The notes under the pieces are model-generated. The model worked only from the letters and a program-made list of their open reading frames with translations. It was not told the origin of the DNA and did not search any database. From Octopus bimaculoides (taxonomy: Eukaryota), in contig NC_069004.1 in assembly GCF_001194135.2 (NCBI RefSeq), positions 49,805 to 88,629 of the forward strand: 38,825 bases of DNA, written 5' to 3'. Positions 23,395 to 35,684 of the stretch are shown piece by piece (the first letter of the stretch is position 1; each line of letters begins with the position of its first letter). A program made the position numbers and the translations under genes.

Positions 23395-23700
23395 TTTTCT
23401 TTTGCTTCAGTCACTGGACTGCGACCATACTGGGGCACCGCCTTCAAGGGTTTGGTCGAACAAATCGACTCCTGCACTTATATTCTTTTAAATCTGAGAC
23501 GTATTCAATCGGTTACTTTTGCCGAGCCGCTAATTTACGGAGATGTAAACAAACAAATACCGGTTGCCAAGCGGTGGGAGTGGGGACAAACAGAAACACA
23601 TAGATATATGCATATATATATTGATATACGAGAGATTTCTTTCCGTTTCCGTCTGCCAAAATCCACTCACAAAACTTATATCGACCCGAGGCTGTAGAAG
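23395..23700 (-). mobile_element. SINE family A copy that retains its CpGs
   Basis: Core as at 4836; body ttccgtctgccaaaatccactcacaa...cgacccgaggctgtagaagaag is the reverse complement of the 1076 copy. Confidence 0.85.
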
Positions 23701-23764
23701 AAGTAGTGTAAGTGGTAGTAACAGTAGTAGCGGTGGTGGTGGTGGTAGTGATAGTAGTAGCAGC

Positions 23765-23798
<34 letters not shown>

Positions 23799-24063
23799 AT
23801 AGTGGTCATCGTCGTCGTAGAGGTAGTGGTAGTGGTGATGATAATGACTGTAGTGGTAGTGGTAGTAGTTACAAAAGTAGCGGTGGTGGCGGTGGTAGTG
23901 ATGATAGTAGTAGTAGCAGTAGCAGCAGTAGCAGAAGTAGTAGTAGTAGTAGTAGTAGTAGTGGCAGCAGCAGTAGCAGTAGTAGTTGTTGTAGTTGCTG
24001 TTATAGAGCTTTAAGTCTGTTCGACTTGGAAACTAATCGACCGAATAACAATTTGGTTTGATC

Positions 24064-24230
24064 TGGGTGTTATCTATGGGTGTGGCCTCTGGGGGCGTGA
24101 TCTGTGGGTGTAGTCTCTGGGTGTGGTCTCTGGGCATGATCAATGGGTGTGGCCTGTGTTTATGTTTTGTAGATGTGATTTGTGGGTGTGGTCGGTGGGC
24201 GTGGTCTATGGGTGTGGCCTGTGGGTAAGG
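24064..24230. repeat. G-rich degenerate ~13-bp minisatellite (TGGGTGTGGTCTC-like)
   Basis: Successive units tgggtgtggcctc, tgggtgtagtctc, tgggtgtggtctc, tgggcatgatcaa, tgggtgtggcctg, tgggcgtggtcta. Confidence 0.8.
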
Positions 24231-25115
24231 TGTGATGCTGCTGTTTTATATCCTGTGCAATTTATATGTACATTTTCCGAGAGAGATTGAGGATGGATCT
24301 AATGTAAGGTTGGTCCACCATTGAGGCTGTTTCTCTTTATTAAATCTGGTTCCTGTGACTAGAGTTAAAATAGCGATCGTGAGTTTAACACATTAACCAC
24401 TAAGCCACGCACCTTCACACACATTTGTGTGTGTGTATGTGTGTGTGTATGTGTGTGTGTGTGTGTGCGCGCGTAGTGCTTGTGTGGTTGTACGAGTAAT
24501 AAACAGGTGCGTTGGATATGAATACCTTGTGGTATTTAATCTGTCGCGTTAACTTTTCATTTCATCCCATCCCATTGACTGGTACTAGGGATGATGTAAT
24601 CGACTTTCCCCTTCCCTTCGAAACTGACCCCTGCAACGAACCGGCGTCCCGTTTAGGGAGAACGTTGTGATCTCGGTCACCTATACACAATGGAAGCCAG
24701 GTAACCGGGCTTGTGGGTCTTGGGGCTCAAGGAAAAGTCGGTTTTGTCTTTTCGTTAATAAAGAGGTGGTGGAATCTTACAAATTTCTTTGAGGCTGGTC
24801 TTTATCGTTTCGTAAATCTCTCCTTTACTTGACGTTATCAACAACAATCCTTGGATTCATGTTGTACCCTGTGTGATTTCTGTCTCAATACTCGTATCAC
24901 TTACATCATGTAATCTTCGACAAACCCGGGATGTAGACCTTTTAGATACATCCAGGGCCTACGAGAGTGGCGTTCGGTCGGTCCAGAGCCAGGAGATCCA
25001 AGAAATGGCAAATAAATTTCTAACGGGGAGAAGAGGCCTCGTTCCGCCTTCCAAAATTTCTTTCCAAGGCTCGGGATGTTCGTTTATCTCTCAATATTAG
25101 TGTACCCCAGATATC

Positions 25116-25510
25116 TTTTGTCTTTTACTTGTTTCAGTTATTGGACTGCGGCCATGCTGGTGCACTGCATTGAACGGTTTTACTAGAACAAATCGACCAA
25201 GGAATAACGTTTGAATGTCTACTGCTTCTATCGGTTTCTTTTACTGAACCACTAAGTTTTGGGTCTTAAACAGACCAACACTGGCTGTCATGCAGTAGGG
25301 ATATAAACACAAACGCAGACTCACACACACACACACGCACATGTATATATATTTATATACGGTAGGCTTCCATACGGTTTCCGTCAACAATATTCACTCA
25401 CGAGTCCTTATTCGGCCCAGGACTATAATAGAAGACACTTGCCAAGGCGTCTCACAGTGGGACTAAACCCAAAAACACGCGGTTGCAAGGGGATCTTTCT
25501 TAACTACACT
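25116..25510 (-). mobile_element. SINE family A, near full length
   Basis: Tail at the left end, (CA)n spacer, body and tRNA-like head (cagtgggactaaaccc...ttcttaactacac) at the right end. Confidence 0.85.
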
Positions 25511-26051
25511 TGCGGAGATTACATAATAATCTCTGATAATCCAGGCACTTGAATCTTTTATAAAAAGTAGCAGCAACAACAACAACAGCATCAACAGCAA
25601 CAACAACAGCATCAACAGCAATAACAACAACAAACCGTTGTATTTTTCGTTTTTCCCAATTCTCGAGTACATTGTTGATATAAAACATGTAAATCTAAAA
25701 TGGATAGAATTCTCACAGAAATGGCCTTTGCAACAGGAAACCGTTGGAAGCTAAGGTTATCGTGGACGAGAATGTTAACCCTGTTTGTGCAATCTTGCAG
25801 ATGATAAGTATTTTACCCTTCACTGCAGGCATTCATGCAATCGACCGGAAGTCTTTTTGCTATCCAACGGAAGTAATTTTATGTAATCCATTTGATTGAA
25901 AAAAATTACTTTAAATGATATTTTATAATTTAGTGTAAATTGTTATTGCTTAGCGCCCTACCCAAGACCCAGGTTGACACGGGCTGAGAGGACCGACAAT
26001 CAAATGCAGTCAAGTCCAGGTTTGCCTTTTAGGAATTTTTCTTTTTTCTTT

Positions 26052-26090
<39 letters not shown>

Positions 26091-26312
26091 TTATCCAGAG
26101 CTGTAATGCAGCCCTACAGAAATAGTAGGAGTCATGTTATCTGAGATCTCAAATCAAATCCTCTCTGACTATAATGGCGGAGAATGATTTGTTATTTTAA
26201 GTTTAGTTGAAAAATTGTTTTATTTTCGCAAACATGAAACTTTGCGTTTCAGAAAGTTAACAAAAATTCTATTTCAAATGTGTGTATGTGAGTGTGTATT
26301 AAACCTTCTATA

Positions 26313-26343
<31 letters not shown>

Positions 26344-28689
26344 CATGAAGAAATTTAGAAGACATTTCTAAGTTTAGCTTCTGTCATCTCATCAGCCATT
26401 GAATTGGAGCAGAAAAAGCCCCAAATTCAGTTTTTCACTCTCTTGGCTGCACACACAGACCCCCTCCCCATAAATACACACACATACACACACAGATATA
26501 CATAGGCACAACGTTAGATTTTAAGTTGTGGCTTTCCACCACCAAGAAGAGATGATGAAACTCACACATTCGAAACAGTTGTTCCACCACGTCACTCGTC
26601 ACTCCGACAAGAAACCTGTCTGCTGCTGCTGCTGCTGCCACATAATTCTTTATTGCTTTCTTTTTTTCTCTTTGTACTTGTTTTCTTTTTCCTTTTCTTT
26701 GTTGCTTTCTATTTCTGCTGTTGATATTTATAGTTTTAGTAGTTTCCGTTCCTCTTAATTTTTCTTCATTTTTCTCACTTTCTCTTCCTGTGCCTCTATT
26801 ATTTGTTTTTTTCTTTCTGTCTCTCTTTCCTTTCCTTTTTTTTTTTTTTTGAATTGTCTCCCATAAATGTATCTTCCTTGCAGTCTCCCTATCGTGTAGC
26901 CAAATCATGTCATTTTGAAATCCAACACTACTAAACCCCCTTCGTTCACTGACGGATATCTGTTACTTTGTTGTTGGTGGTGTTGCTGCTGCTGTAGCTG
27001 CTGTTATTATTGTTGTTGTTGATGTTGTTACTGTTGTTGCTATTGAAGTCCTTTAGCTACAATATCAGTCCTAAACTATCAGACCAATGGCCAAAAGTAT
27101 CTCAGTCGCGACCCCTTTTTGTTTTTCTCCCTGAAATCATCCTGTATGTCTTTCCTTTCTTTTAAGACAGTTGGCATATGTGGCTGCCAACCGGAGGATG
27201 CTGATGGTCCACGTAGAGATGTTTCCATCCTTGGTTTTGCTCCATCCTTAATTGTCAAAGTGATATTTTGCACCCAAGAGAGGTCGGCTTTCAGGAACGT
27301 AAGTTTCTTTTTTGTTTTTCTTGGTGGCGGGAGTATGGGAGCAGGGGTGGGGGGTCACGTGACACTGCTAATTCTTTTTCAGGGCAGTTAGTCTGCAACT
27401 GGTTCCCACTTCTCATCCGTAACTAAAAAAACCGTCTCTGCATATAGTAGCACATCACTTCCGCGGGTTATTTAAATCAAGTTGAAAGTAGCCAAAATAC
27501 GTTAAATCCTTGATGAAACTCTTGAAGGTTTCGTGGCCCTCCGCATTTGAAAACTGGATTTTCATCGGACTGTGAGGGAGTTCAACCATTCAACCATCGT
27601 TTGTCATATTTGAACCGGAAGAAAGATGGTATTGAGCAAAATTACTGTGTGATTCGTGCTTCAGAGCACGTTGACGCTCAGAGACGTATATCGCAGTATC
27701 ACACTGCATCCCTGCTATACCGCTTGTGGTCTTTGCCTCATCTTACCGAGCCTTTTGTCCAAGAAGACAACTCAAGAGAACGAAGCTGGCTGTGTGGTTC
27801 TGTCCACCATCACTATAAGCTAAGTCCAGGACAACCAAGACCAGAAATGCTTCAAACTGTAAAAAACAAAAAAAAATAAATAAATAATAATAAATAAAAG
27901 AATGGATCTCTTTCCGTTGCAAAGATTAAGGTATCAGGAATGTCTGCGACAATTAATGAGGCCACTTTTGTAGATTCTTTGCTCATGAACCAACAGACGA
28001 AAGTAATCAAGGTTCTCCGGTTGCCTGTTCGGCTGTATTCTCCTCACTTGATGATTTCCTTTAAGAAGCGCTGTTGGTATTTCAAAGGTGGAGTCCTCTT
28101 CGTAAACGGCAGCGGAACAAAAGATGGCTTTTCTACCCGTTTCAAGGTACAGATTCTATCATGTAGCAAGACGGTTTCAAGAAGATAATCCAGAAATGGT
28201 TTCATTGGAAGCTGGAGCGCCTTCGATTATTGGTCTGTTGACGTAACACTAAGCAACATACCTGATTTTCAAACACTAATAATTGCACTGGAAAAGCATC
28301 TTTTCTAATCCTTCTTCCTCAGAATTATCTTTCCTTCTTTGTTTTTTTGTCTGTGTTTTTATTATAAGTATTTTTTTTTTATATGGATAATAAATGTTTT
28401 TTCCTTTTTCCTTGAAACTACTTCGTTTTAATGTTTCATTTTTACTTGTTGCATTTTTATCGTATAAATTTCTGAAATCCCCAGCTGTCTTTGAAAGAAT
28501 CTAGTCAAAAATATTAGCATCCTTTTATCTAATGCTGGAACTCCGTCGGTTACGACGACGAAGGTTTCAGTTGATCAGATCAACAGAACAGTCTTCTGAA
28601 GAAATTAACATGCAAGTGGCTGATCACACCACAAACACGCGTTCCTTTAACATAGTTTTCTGGGAGATTCAGCATGACAAAGCTGAATG

Positions 28690-28860
28690 TGACAAGACTG
28701 GACCCTTTAAATTACAGGTACAATGTATTTTTGGCAGCTGAGTGGACGGGAGCAAAGGGAAATAAAGTGTCTTGCTCAAGGACACAACATACCGCCGGGA
28801 ATTGAACTCACGGCCTTATGATCGTGAGCCGAATAACCCTAACCACTAAACCGCGCGCAG
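28690..28860 (-). mobile_element. tRNA-derived SINE (same family as 20720-20950)
   Basis: gctgagtggacgggagcaa..gaaataaagtgtcttgctcaaggacacaac...gggaattgaactc...ccctaaccactaaacc. Confidence 0.8.
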
Positions 28861-29586
28861 TTCAAAATATGTTATAACCTCTTTTATCATCTCGATGGAG
28901 AAACAGGTATCGTAAAAAAAAAAAATCTTTAAACTTTTCTACATATAAACACTTCCCCAGGAATCATATATATCGAAATATATTTATCAGAAATTCTATC
29001 ATTAGTTATCCAACAATTACCAATTTTGCAGAATTTCTATCAAACATTATTAAAACTTATACCTCTAACCAGTGCAAGCCGCACGTGTTTGCAGAACTGT
29101 ATTAATTCCATATGTTCTTTAAATGGTAAATGTCGCGCGTGTTCCGTTGTATAATGTGCCAAAAAGACAAAATTGAAGACAGAAATCGAAGGAATAAAGA
29201 AGAAAAGGAAATGTGTTAAAGAAGGAAAAATGAAAACGAGAGAAAATAGGAAAAAAAAAAAAAAAGAATGGAATAAAAACGATTGACATGTGTCAGCAAA
29301 AGTTACATTATAACGTTTGCTTCTATTTCAATTTAGCAATGGTGGTAGCCAACAAATAAAGAAAGTGAGTCTATATTTGAGACAGAAGGGTAAAAATGAA
29401 CGTATCAAAGGAGGAGGAGGAGGAGGAGTTGAACAGTAAGATTATGTAAAATATAGGGAAACGAGAAATAAATAGGTGCAGTGTACTTCTATGTTTATAC
29501 ACAAGATTTGAAAATAAGAAGGAAAGAAAACTAACGGAGGGATATGAAAATAGAGAAATACAAAAATAAACAACTCAGCAGTACTT

Positions 29587-29632
29587 ATATAATATAATAT
29601 AATATAATATAATATAATATAATATAATATAT
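29587..29632. repeat. (TATAA)n pentanucleotide microsatellite
   Basis: Directly visible. Confidence 0.9.
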
Positions 29633-29644
29633 AAAGTTCGAAAT

Positions 29645-30157
29645 ACAACATGAAATACGAAAACAAATGAGTTAAATACGCAAACAACGAGAGAAGGAAA
29701 TGGAAAACAGGACAAGTGACACAAGGAGCGACGCTTCATCAGCTGTCGGCTGTCTCTCTACTCCTCATCTCGAGCATTGAACGACAATATGAATCTTCGA
29801 AGACAGTTGATCCCAAAAAAGCCAAAATAAAATTTTGGATTTTATGGAGGATCAAAGCTGGACAGTGGAGACATACGAGGAAACTGAACGAAAGCAAAGA
29901 TGGAGGGTCGTTGGACCAGAACGAGGGTAAAATAACGAACGGTGGAAGAATGTTTTCGTTGAAAAAGAAAAGATACAAGAGATAGAAGACTGCCAGGTAT
30001 TTATGGGAACAACTGTCGTCAAAGACTCATGTTGTCGAGGAGTAGAGAGACAGACGACAGCTGATGAAGGGTCATTCCTTGTGTTACTTATCCTGTTTTC
30101 CATTTTCTCTCTCGTTGTTTGCGTATTTAACTCATTTGTTTTCGTATTTCATGTTGT
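29645..30157. repeat. Long inverted repeat (~121-bp arms, ~270-bp spacer); fold-back or non-autonomous element
   Basis: 29645-29766 is the reverse complement of 30037-30157 with only a few mismatches. Confidence 0.9.
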
Positions 30158-30258
30158 TTGCTGTTGGTGACGTCCTGTACCTATATATATAATGTAAATA
30201 ACATATATATACATATAATGTAAATAATATATATATATATATATATATAATGTAAATA

Positions 30259-30298
<40 letters not shown>

Positions 30299-30971
30299 TG
30301 TAATTATAACTTTCACCGATGGTTCTGATCTTGAATTTTAAAGTGCTTGGAAGAGGAATGGCGTAATATCCTGGACAGACGGAGCAGACGTAGCTCGGTT
30401 TTATCCTAAGGACTTAACAGAGGCTTTTCTGGCACCTGAGACAATCTGCCAGTCGTACTTACGTCAACGTCGAGAACTACACACGATGTTGTAGGTATAA
30501 GAGAGACCCCCGAGGAAAAATCTCCAACAGTGTACAGTATGCTATCTGGATACTTATTTTACAAATATTTCTGTATAAACATACATATGTACATATATCC
30601 ATAATTACATATACGTATATGCATGTGTGTGTGTGTGTGTGTGTGCTTGTGTGTATACACACTCACACATTACACACACAACGCATATATATATATAAAG
30701 TATTGGGGTTTAGTTCAAAGGTGATCTAAACGATTAGGTACGCTAGGTAAGTGCTGTAACGGATTACTAGGGCTCCAAGGTTATAGCCGAGACGACAGTT
30801 ATGAAGCCATTGCAGATTTCCGATGCAGCGGATAAATAATTGTTAAAGTGGACAGCAAACATTTTTCCCAATGAGAATTTTTTCCAATAATAATAATAAT
30901 AATAATGTATACGACTTGAGATGTTTGCCTTGACTTAACGTTTGTTGTCCTCTTTAACAACTATATATATA

Positions 30972-31052
<81 letters not shown>

Positions 31053-31364
31053 GAATGCGAAGGAGAGAGAAGAGAGAGATGGGTGTAGACAGAAGGACTT
31101 CTAGCTTGTGAATAGACTATTGCTTCAATACCAGTGAGATATTGCATGACTGAGAATGCTCAACGAATCAACAGGTAGCCTTGGCAATGACTATCCTAAT
31201 GTGATTTAAACAAACGGAAAGAATGAAACTTAATGGAAAGATTTTTATATTTGTCTGTGTTTACATAAAAGTATTCTTAAAGAAGTGTGTGTGTGTGCGT
31301 GCGTGTGTGTGTGTGCGCGCAAGTTTATCAGGAAAGAGAGAGAGAGAGAAAAGAGAAGTTAAGA

Positions 31365-31505
31365 GAAAGAGAGAGAGAGAGACTGGCAAAAGAAGAAGAA
31401 GAAGAAGAAGAAGAAGAAAGAGAGAGAGAGAGACTGGCAAAAGAAGAAGAAGAAGAAGAAGAAGAAGAAGAAAGAGAGAGAGAGAGTGAGAGAGTGAGAG
31501 AGAGA
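31365..31505. repeat. Tandem duplication of a (GA)n-CTGGCAAA-(AGA)n unit
   Basis: gagagactggcaaaagaagaagaag... occurs twice, at about 31376 and 31427. Confidence 0.85.
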
Positions 31506-32322
31506 GATGCATTCTTTGTTGTTTATGTAAGAATCTTCATTGAAACGCATTGAGGACTTTTTCATAACAATAATAATGGATTCCGATTTCNNNNNNNNNN
31601 NNNNNNNNNNNNNNNNNNNNNNNNNNNNNNNNNNNNNNNNNNNNNNNNNNNNNNNNNNNNNNNNNNNNNNNNNNNNNNNNNNNNNNNNNNNNNNNNNNNN
31701 NNNNNNNNNNNNNNNNNNNNNNNNNNNNNNNNNNNNNNNNNNNNNNNNNNNNNNNNNNNNNNNNNNNNNNNNNNNNNNNNNNNNNNNNNNNNNNNNNNNN
31801 NNNNNNNNNNNNNNNNNNNNNNNNNNNNNNNNNNNNNNNNNNNNNNNNNNNNNNNNNNNNNNNNNNNNNNNNNNNNNNNNNNNNNNNNNNNNNNNNNNNN
31901 NNNNNNNNNNNNNNNNNNNNNNNNNNNNNNNNNNNNNNNNNNNNNNNNNNNNNNNNNNNNNNNNNNNNNNNNNNNNNNNNNNNNNNNNNNNNNNNNNNNN
32001 NNNNNNNNNNNNNNNNNNNNNNNNNNNNNNNNNNNNNNNNNNNNNNNNNNNNNNNNNNNNNNNNNNNNNNNNNNNNNNNNNNNNNNNNNNNNNNNNNNNN
32101 NNNNNNNNNNNNNNNNNNNNNNNNNNNNNNNNNNNNNNNNNNNNNNNNNNNNNNNNNNNNNNNNNNNNNNNNNNNNNNNNNNNNNNNNNNNNNNNNNNNN
32201 NNNNNNNNNNNNNNNNNNNNNNNNNNNNNNNNNNNNNNNNNNNNNNNNNNNNNNNNNNNNNNNNNNNNNNNNNNNNNNNNNNNNNNNATAATAGGACGAA
32301 TTCTTTTACGAGAATTTATCAA

Positions 32323-32367
<45 letters not shown>

Positions 32368-32433
32368 AATATATATATATATACATATATATATGTGAGT
32401 GTGTATATATATGTGTGTGCGTGTGTATATATG

Positions 32434-32471
<38 letters not shown>

Positions 32472-32798
32472 CATGTATGTATGTATATGTATATATATCT
32501 TACTGTGGCGCGGGAGCAACAGAGTGACTCAAAGTCTGAAATTAATAAAAATATACATCCACTCACATTTTGAGTTCTATTTTTCCTGTTTGCATCACCA
32601 TACATATGTATGTATATGTAAGCATGTGTGTGTGTGTGCGTGTACATATACGTATATGTATCTGCATATGTGCGTATGTATGCGTATATGCGTAAAGTAT
32701 CACATAAGTATTATACATATATATATGTACATACATATATGTATATATATGTATATATATATGTATAAATACATATACATAAATTTATGTATATATAC

Positions 32799-32836
<38 letters not shown>

Positions 32837-33167
32837 NNNNNNNNNNNNNNNNNNNNNNNNNNNNNNNNNNNNNNNNNNNNNNNNNNNNNNNNNNNNNNNN
32901 NNNNNNNNNNNNNNNNNNNNNNNNNNNNNNNNNNNNNNNNNNNNNNNNNNNNNNNNNNNNNNNNNNNNNNNNNNNNNNNNNNNNNNNNNNNNNNNNNNNN
33001 NNNNNNNNNNNNNNNNNNNNNNNNNNNNNNNNNNNNNNNNNNNNNNNNNNNNNNNNNNNNNNNNNNNNNNNNNNNNNNNNNNNNNNNNNNNNNNNNNNNN
33101 NNNNNNNNNNNNNNNNNNNNNNNNNNNNNNNNNNNNNNNNTATATATATATATATATTATATATATA

Positions 33168-33210
<43 letters not shown>

Positions 33211-33391
33211 ATATATATGTATATATATGTACGTGTGTCTGTGCGTATATATATGTATATACATTTATATATATGTATTCATATATGTGACCGTATATGT
33301 GTGTGAATTAAGCTTAGAAAATATTCATAAACACATGCACACACATTAATTCATGACCGCAGCCACTTGGCTGAAACACATAAATAAATAA

Positions 33392-33439
<48 letters not shown>

Positions 33440-33575
33440 TCATATATATATATAGAATGGTTGTGCTTCTGCATAATTTTTGAACATATATTATGTGTGT
33501 GTGTGTGAGTGTGTGTGTAATGTGTGTATACATATATGTACACTAAAAAATATGAATGTAGAAATTGATATTTAC

Positions 33576-34209
33576 CTGGAATGGTATGTTGCGGGTGGAT
33601 ACACAAATCATGATCCAGTGGAAATTGATCACAGCCGAGTATCTTCGGCCAAGGGTATCCCCATTGGACCATAATAGACTCACAGCTCTGTTTGACGGCC
33701 GTACACAAAGAGTTGCAGGGGTTTATTACCTGTTCTAAACAAATCGGGGTGAATAGAGAACAGAGGAAGAGTTTGGTGTCCGGGTGGCATTTTCGGCCGA
33801 TCAATGATATCCATATTGCTGATTGTTGCCCCACCTCGGGTATATTGTCGTGGGCAAAGAAGTTGGGCAATCTCATTTGTTTATAGCCGACGTTTTGGCA
33901 GAGAGTTAGATTCGACGGAATGTCCACACATCGATGCCTTTGCATCCGCAGTCCGGCCCAATCTTCTGTCATGGACGTATCCAGGCTGTAAGGTTTTATC
34001 ATTTCTTTGCCGCCAAGACCACCACCGCCGCCGCCGCCAGCAGCATCTTCACTGCTATCGGCAGCGTCGACGAGGACGATAACCTTATTGATGCTCAAAA
34101 GAAGAAGGACCAGTAGAAGAAGGGCCTCTCGTATAGACAACAGGCAAGATGTGCGCTGTTGTGGCCGTACCCGCAACAAGTGTGTCCCCGTCATTGCGAT
34201 CTTAACCAT
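33576..34209 (-). CDS. SFRP: Secreted frizzled-related protein, sFRP1/2/5 subfamily, coding exon 1 (signal peptide, Gly-rich linker, frizzled cysteine-rich domain)
   Basis: First in-frame ATG at 34209, alternative ATG at 34194; the ORF-track start at 34281 is GTG. Hydrophobic stretch ALLLLVLLLLSI. Ten Cys in CRD spacing (CVDIP..LC..VGYKQMRLPN...CHPDTKLFLCSLF.P.CL....PC.SLC..V..SC...M...GYPWP..L.CD.FPLD.DLCI). Phase-1 donor CCAG|GTAAAT after 33576, like the sFRP1/2/5 first intron. Confidence 0.95.
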
Positions 34210-34263
34210 TGCACTGCGAGTCGTTAGGTGGTGGGACGACGACCTGGCAACTCGGATGAACGC

Positions 34264-34270
34264 ATTTATA
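34264..34270 (-). promoter_or_regulatory. Candidate TATA box (TATAAAT) upstream of the sFRP ATG
   Basis: TATAAAT on the - strand about 55 nt upstream of ATG 34209. The TSS is unknown. Confidence 0.25.
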
Positions 34271-34354
34271 CAACCTTGCACATACTAACACGGTCAGACA
34301 ACCGACTGGCAACAGCCTTCCTGCACGGAGCAAGCGGCTGGGAAGGGCTAACAC

Positions 34355-34553
34355 CACCCTCTCACTCTTCCTCTTCTCTCCCTTCTCTCTCTTACACACT
34401 CTTCCTCTCTCTCTCTCCTCATCTTCCACCACTCTCTCACACTGCTACGTTTTCTCCAACTCCTTCTCGTCCTCCTCTTTACTTTACCCTTTCATTCTTT
34501 CTCTCCCCCCACCCTTCTTGTCTCCCCCTCTCTATCTTCTTCTCATTCAAACC

Positions 34554-34593
<40 letters not shown>

Positions 34594-34935
34594 TACACGT
34601 CATTTCCCTCTCTTTCCCTTTCTCTCCCCTTTTCCCTCATCCTCTCTCCTATTAATTTCTCCCCCCAACACTTTCTTTTCTCTTTTGCATAATTCTTTTC
34701 GCTCCTTCTCTCCTTTTCTCTCTCAATATCTTATTCTTTCACCCCCCCCTTCCATGGTCCCTCTCTTACATCTATCTACCTATCTATCTCTACCCTCCCG
34801 CTCCTTCTTTTTCACCTCCATTTCTTATACTCCTCCCACCCCTCACTCTCCTTCTCTCCATTACCCTCTTTTCCACCCGCACTTCCACTTTCAATCTATA
34901 CACCCCACTCTCTCTCTCTCTCTCCTTGTGTCAAC
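34355..34935. repeat. Long polypyrimidine (+) / polypurine (-) tract upstream of sFRP
   Basis: About 580 bp of almost purely C/T sequence on the + strand, including (CT)n. Confidence 0.85.
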
Positions 34936-35684
34936 ACACTTGTTGCTCTAACTTTCCCACCACACACACACACACACACAAACATATTCTCGCACGCAAT
35001 ATACAGACATTTTTTACTCTATATGTTATGTATGTGCATTTATATACGTATATACGTGTGTGTGTGTGAGTACATATATCTATACACACACGTGTGTGTG
35101 CGTATAATATATAATATGTAATTACAAACTTGTAACCAGTTCAAAAAGAAGAAAAATATATATACATATATAAAATTATATATACATACACACTCATAAA
35201 TGAACATATATTTCTAAATATTTGAGTGCGTGTATGTGTAAGAGAGACACACATTCACACATACATTTATATATGTATATATATATATATATATACACAC
35301 ACATATAAATAAACACACACGCAAGCATGCATGTATACAAACATACATACATACATACATACATACATTATAAATGGTTTCTATTTTATTACTTGAATTC
35401 TTCCAGCTAAAAAGAAGCTCATTTCTTGTTAAAATAAACAAATGAATAAATAAACACATAAAGAAACAACAACCACAACAATAAAGAACCATTATCAAAT
35501 TTTAAATAATTAACAACGCCAAAAATTCTTCAAACTTTTAAACAAACATGTTGATAATTGGGAAAGTGACGCAGATCTTTACCGTTCCGCTGACAGATTT
35601 GTATTTTGAAAGTGCATCATTGATGGGCGTTGCATTGACGGGCAAATATCAACTGAGAACATTCACAAATACTTTTCTTTATCT

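Noticed and set aside
28262-28287. 26-nt minus-strand micro-exon (ttttccAG...CAG|GTATGT) as sFRP exon 2
   Set aside because: It encodes VQLLVFENQ with no cysteines and no similarity to sFRP; such splice-like motifs occur by chance.
30058-30090. CTGATGA in the inverted-repeat arm as a hammerhead ribozyme
   Set aside because: A stem-II-like AAGG...CCTT follows, but the required GAAA core is absent in both arms.
33346-34281. 311-aa single-exon sFRP as given in the ORF track
   Set aside because: It starts at GTG, and after the canonical donor at 33576 it runs into (CA)/(TA) repeats. The spliced model is more plausible; read-through is kept only as a hypothesis.
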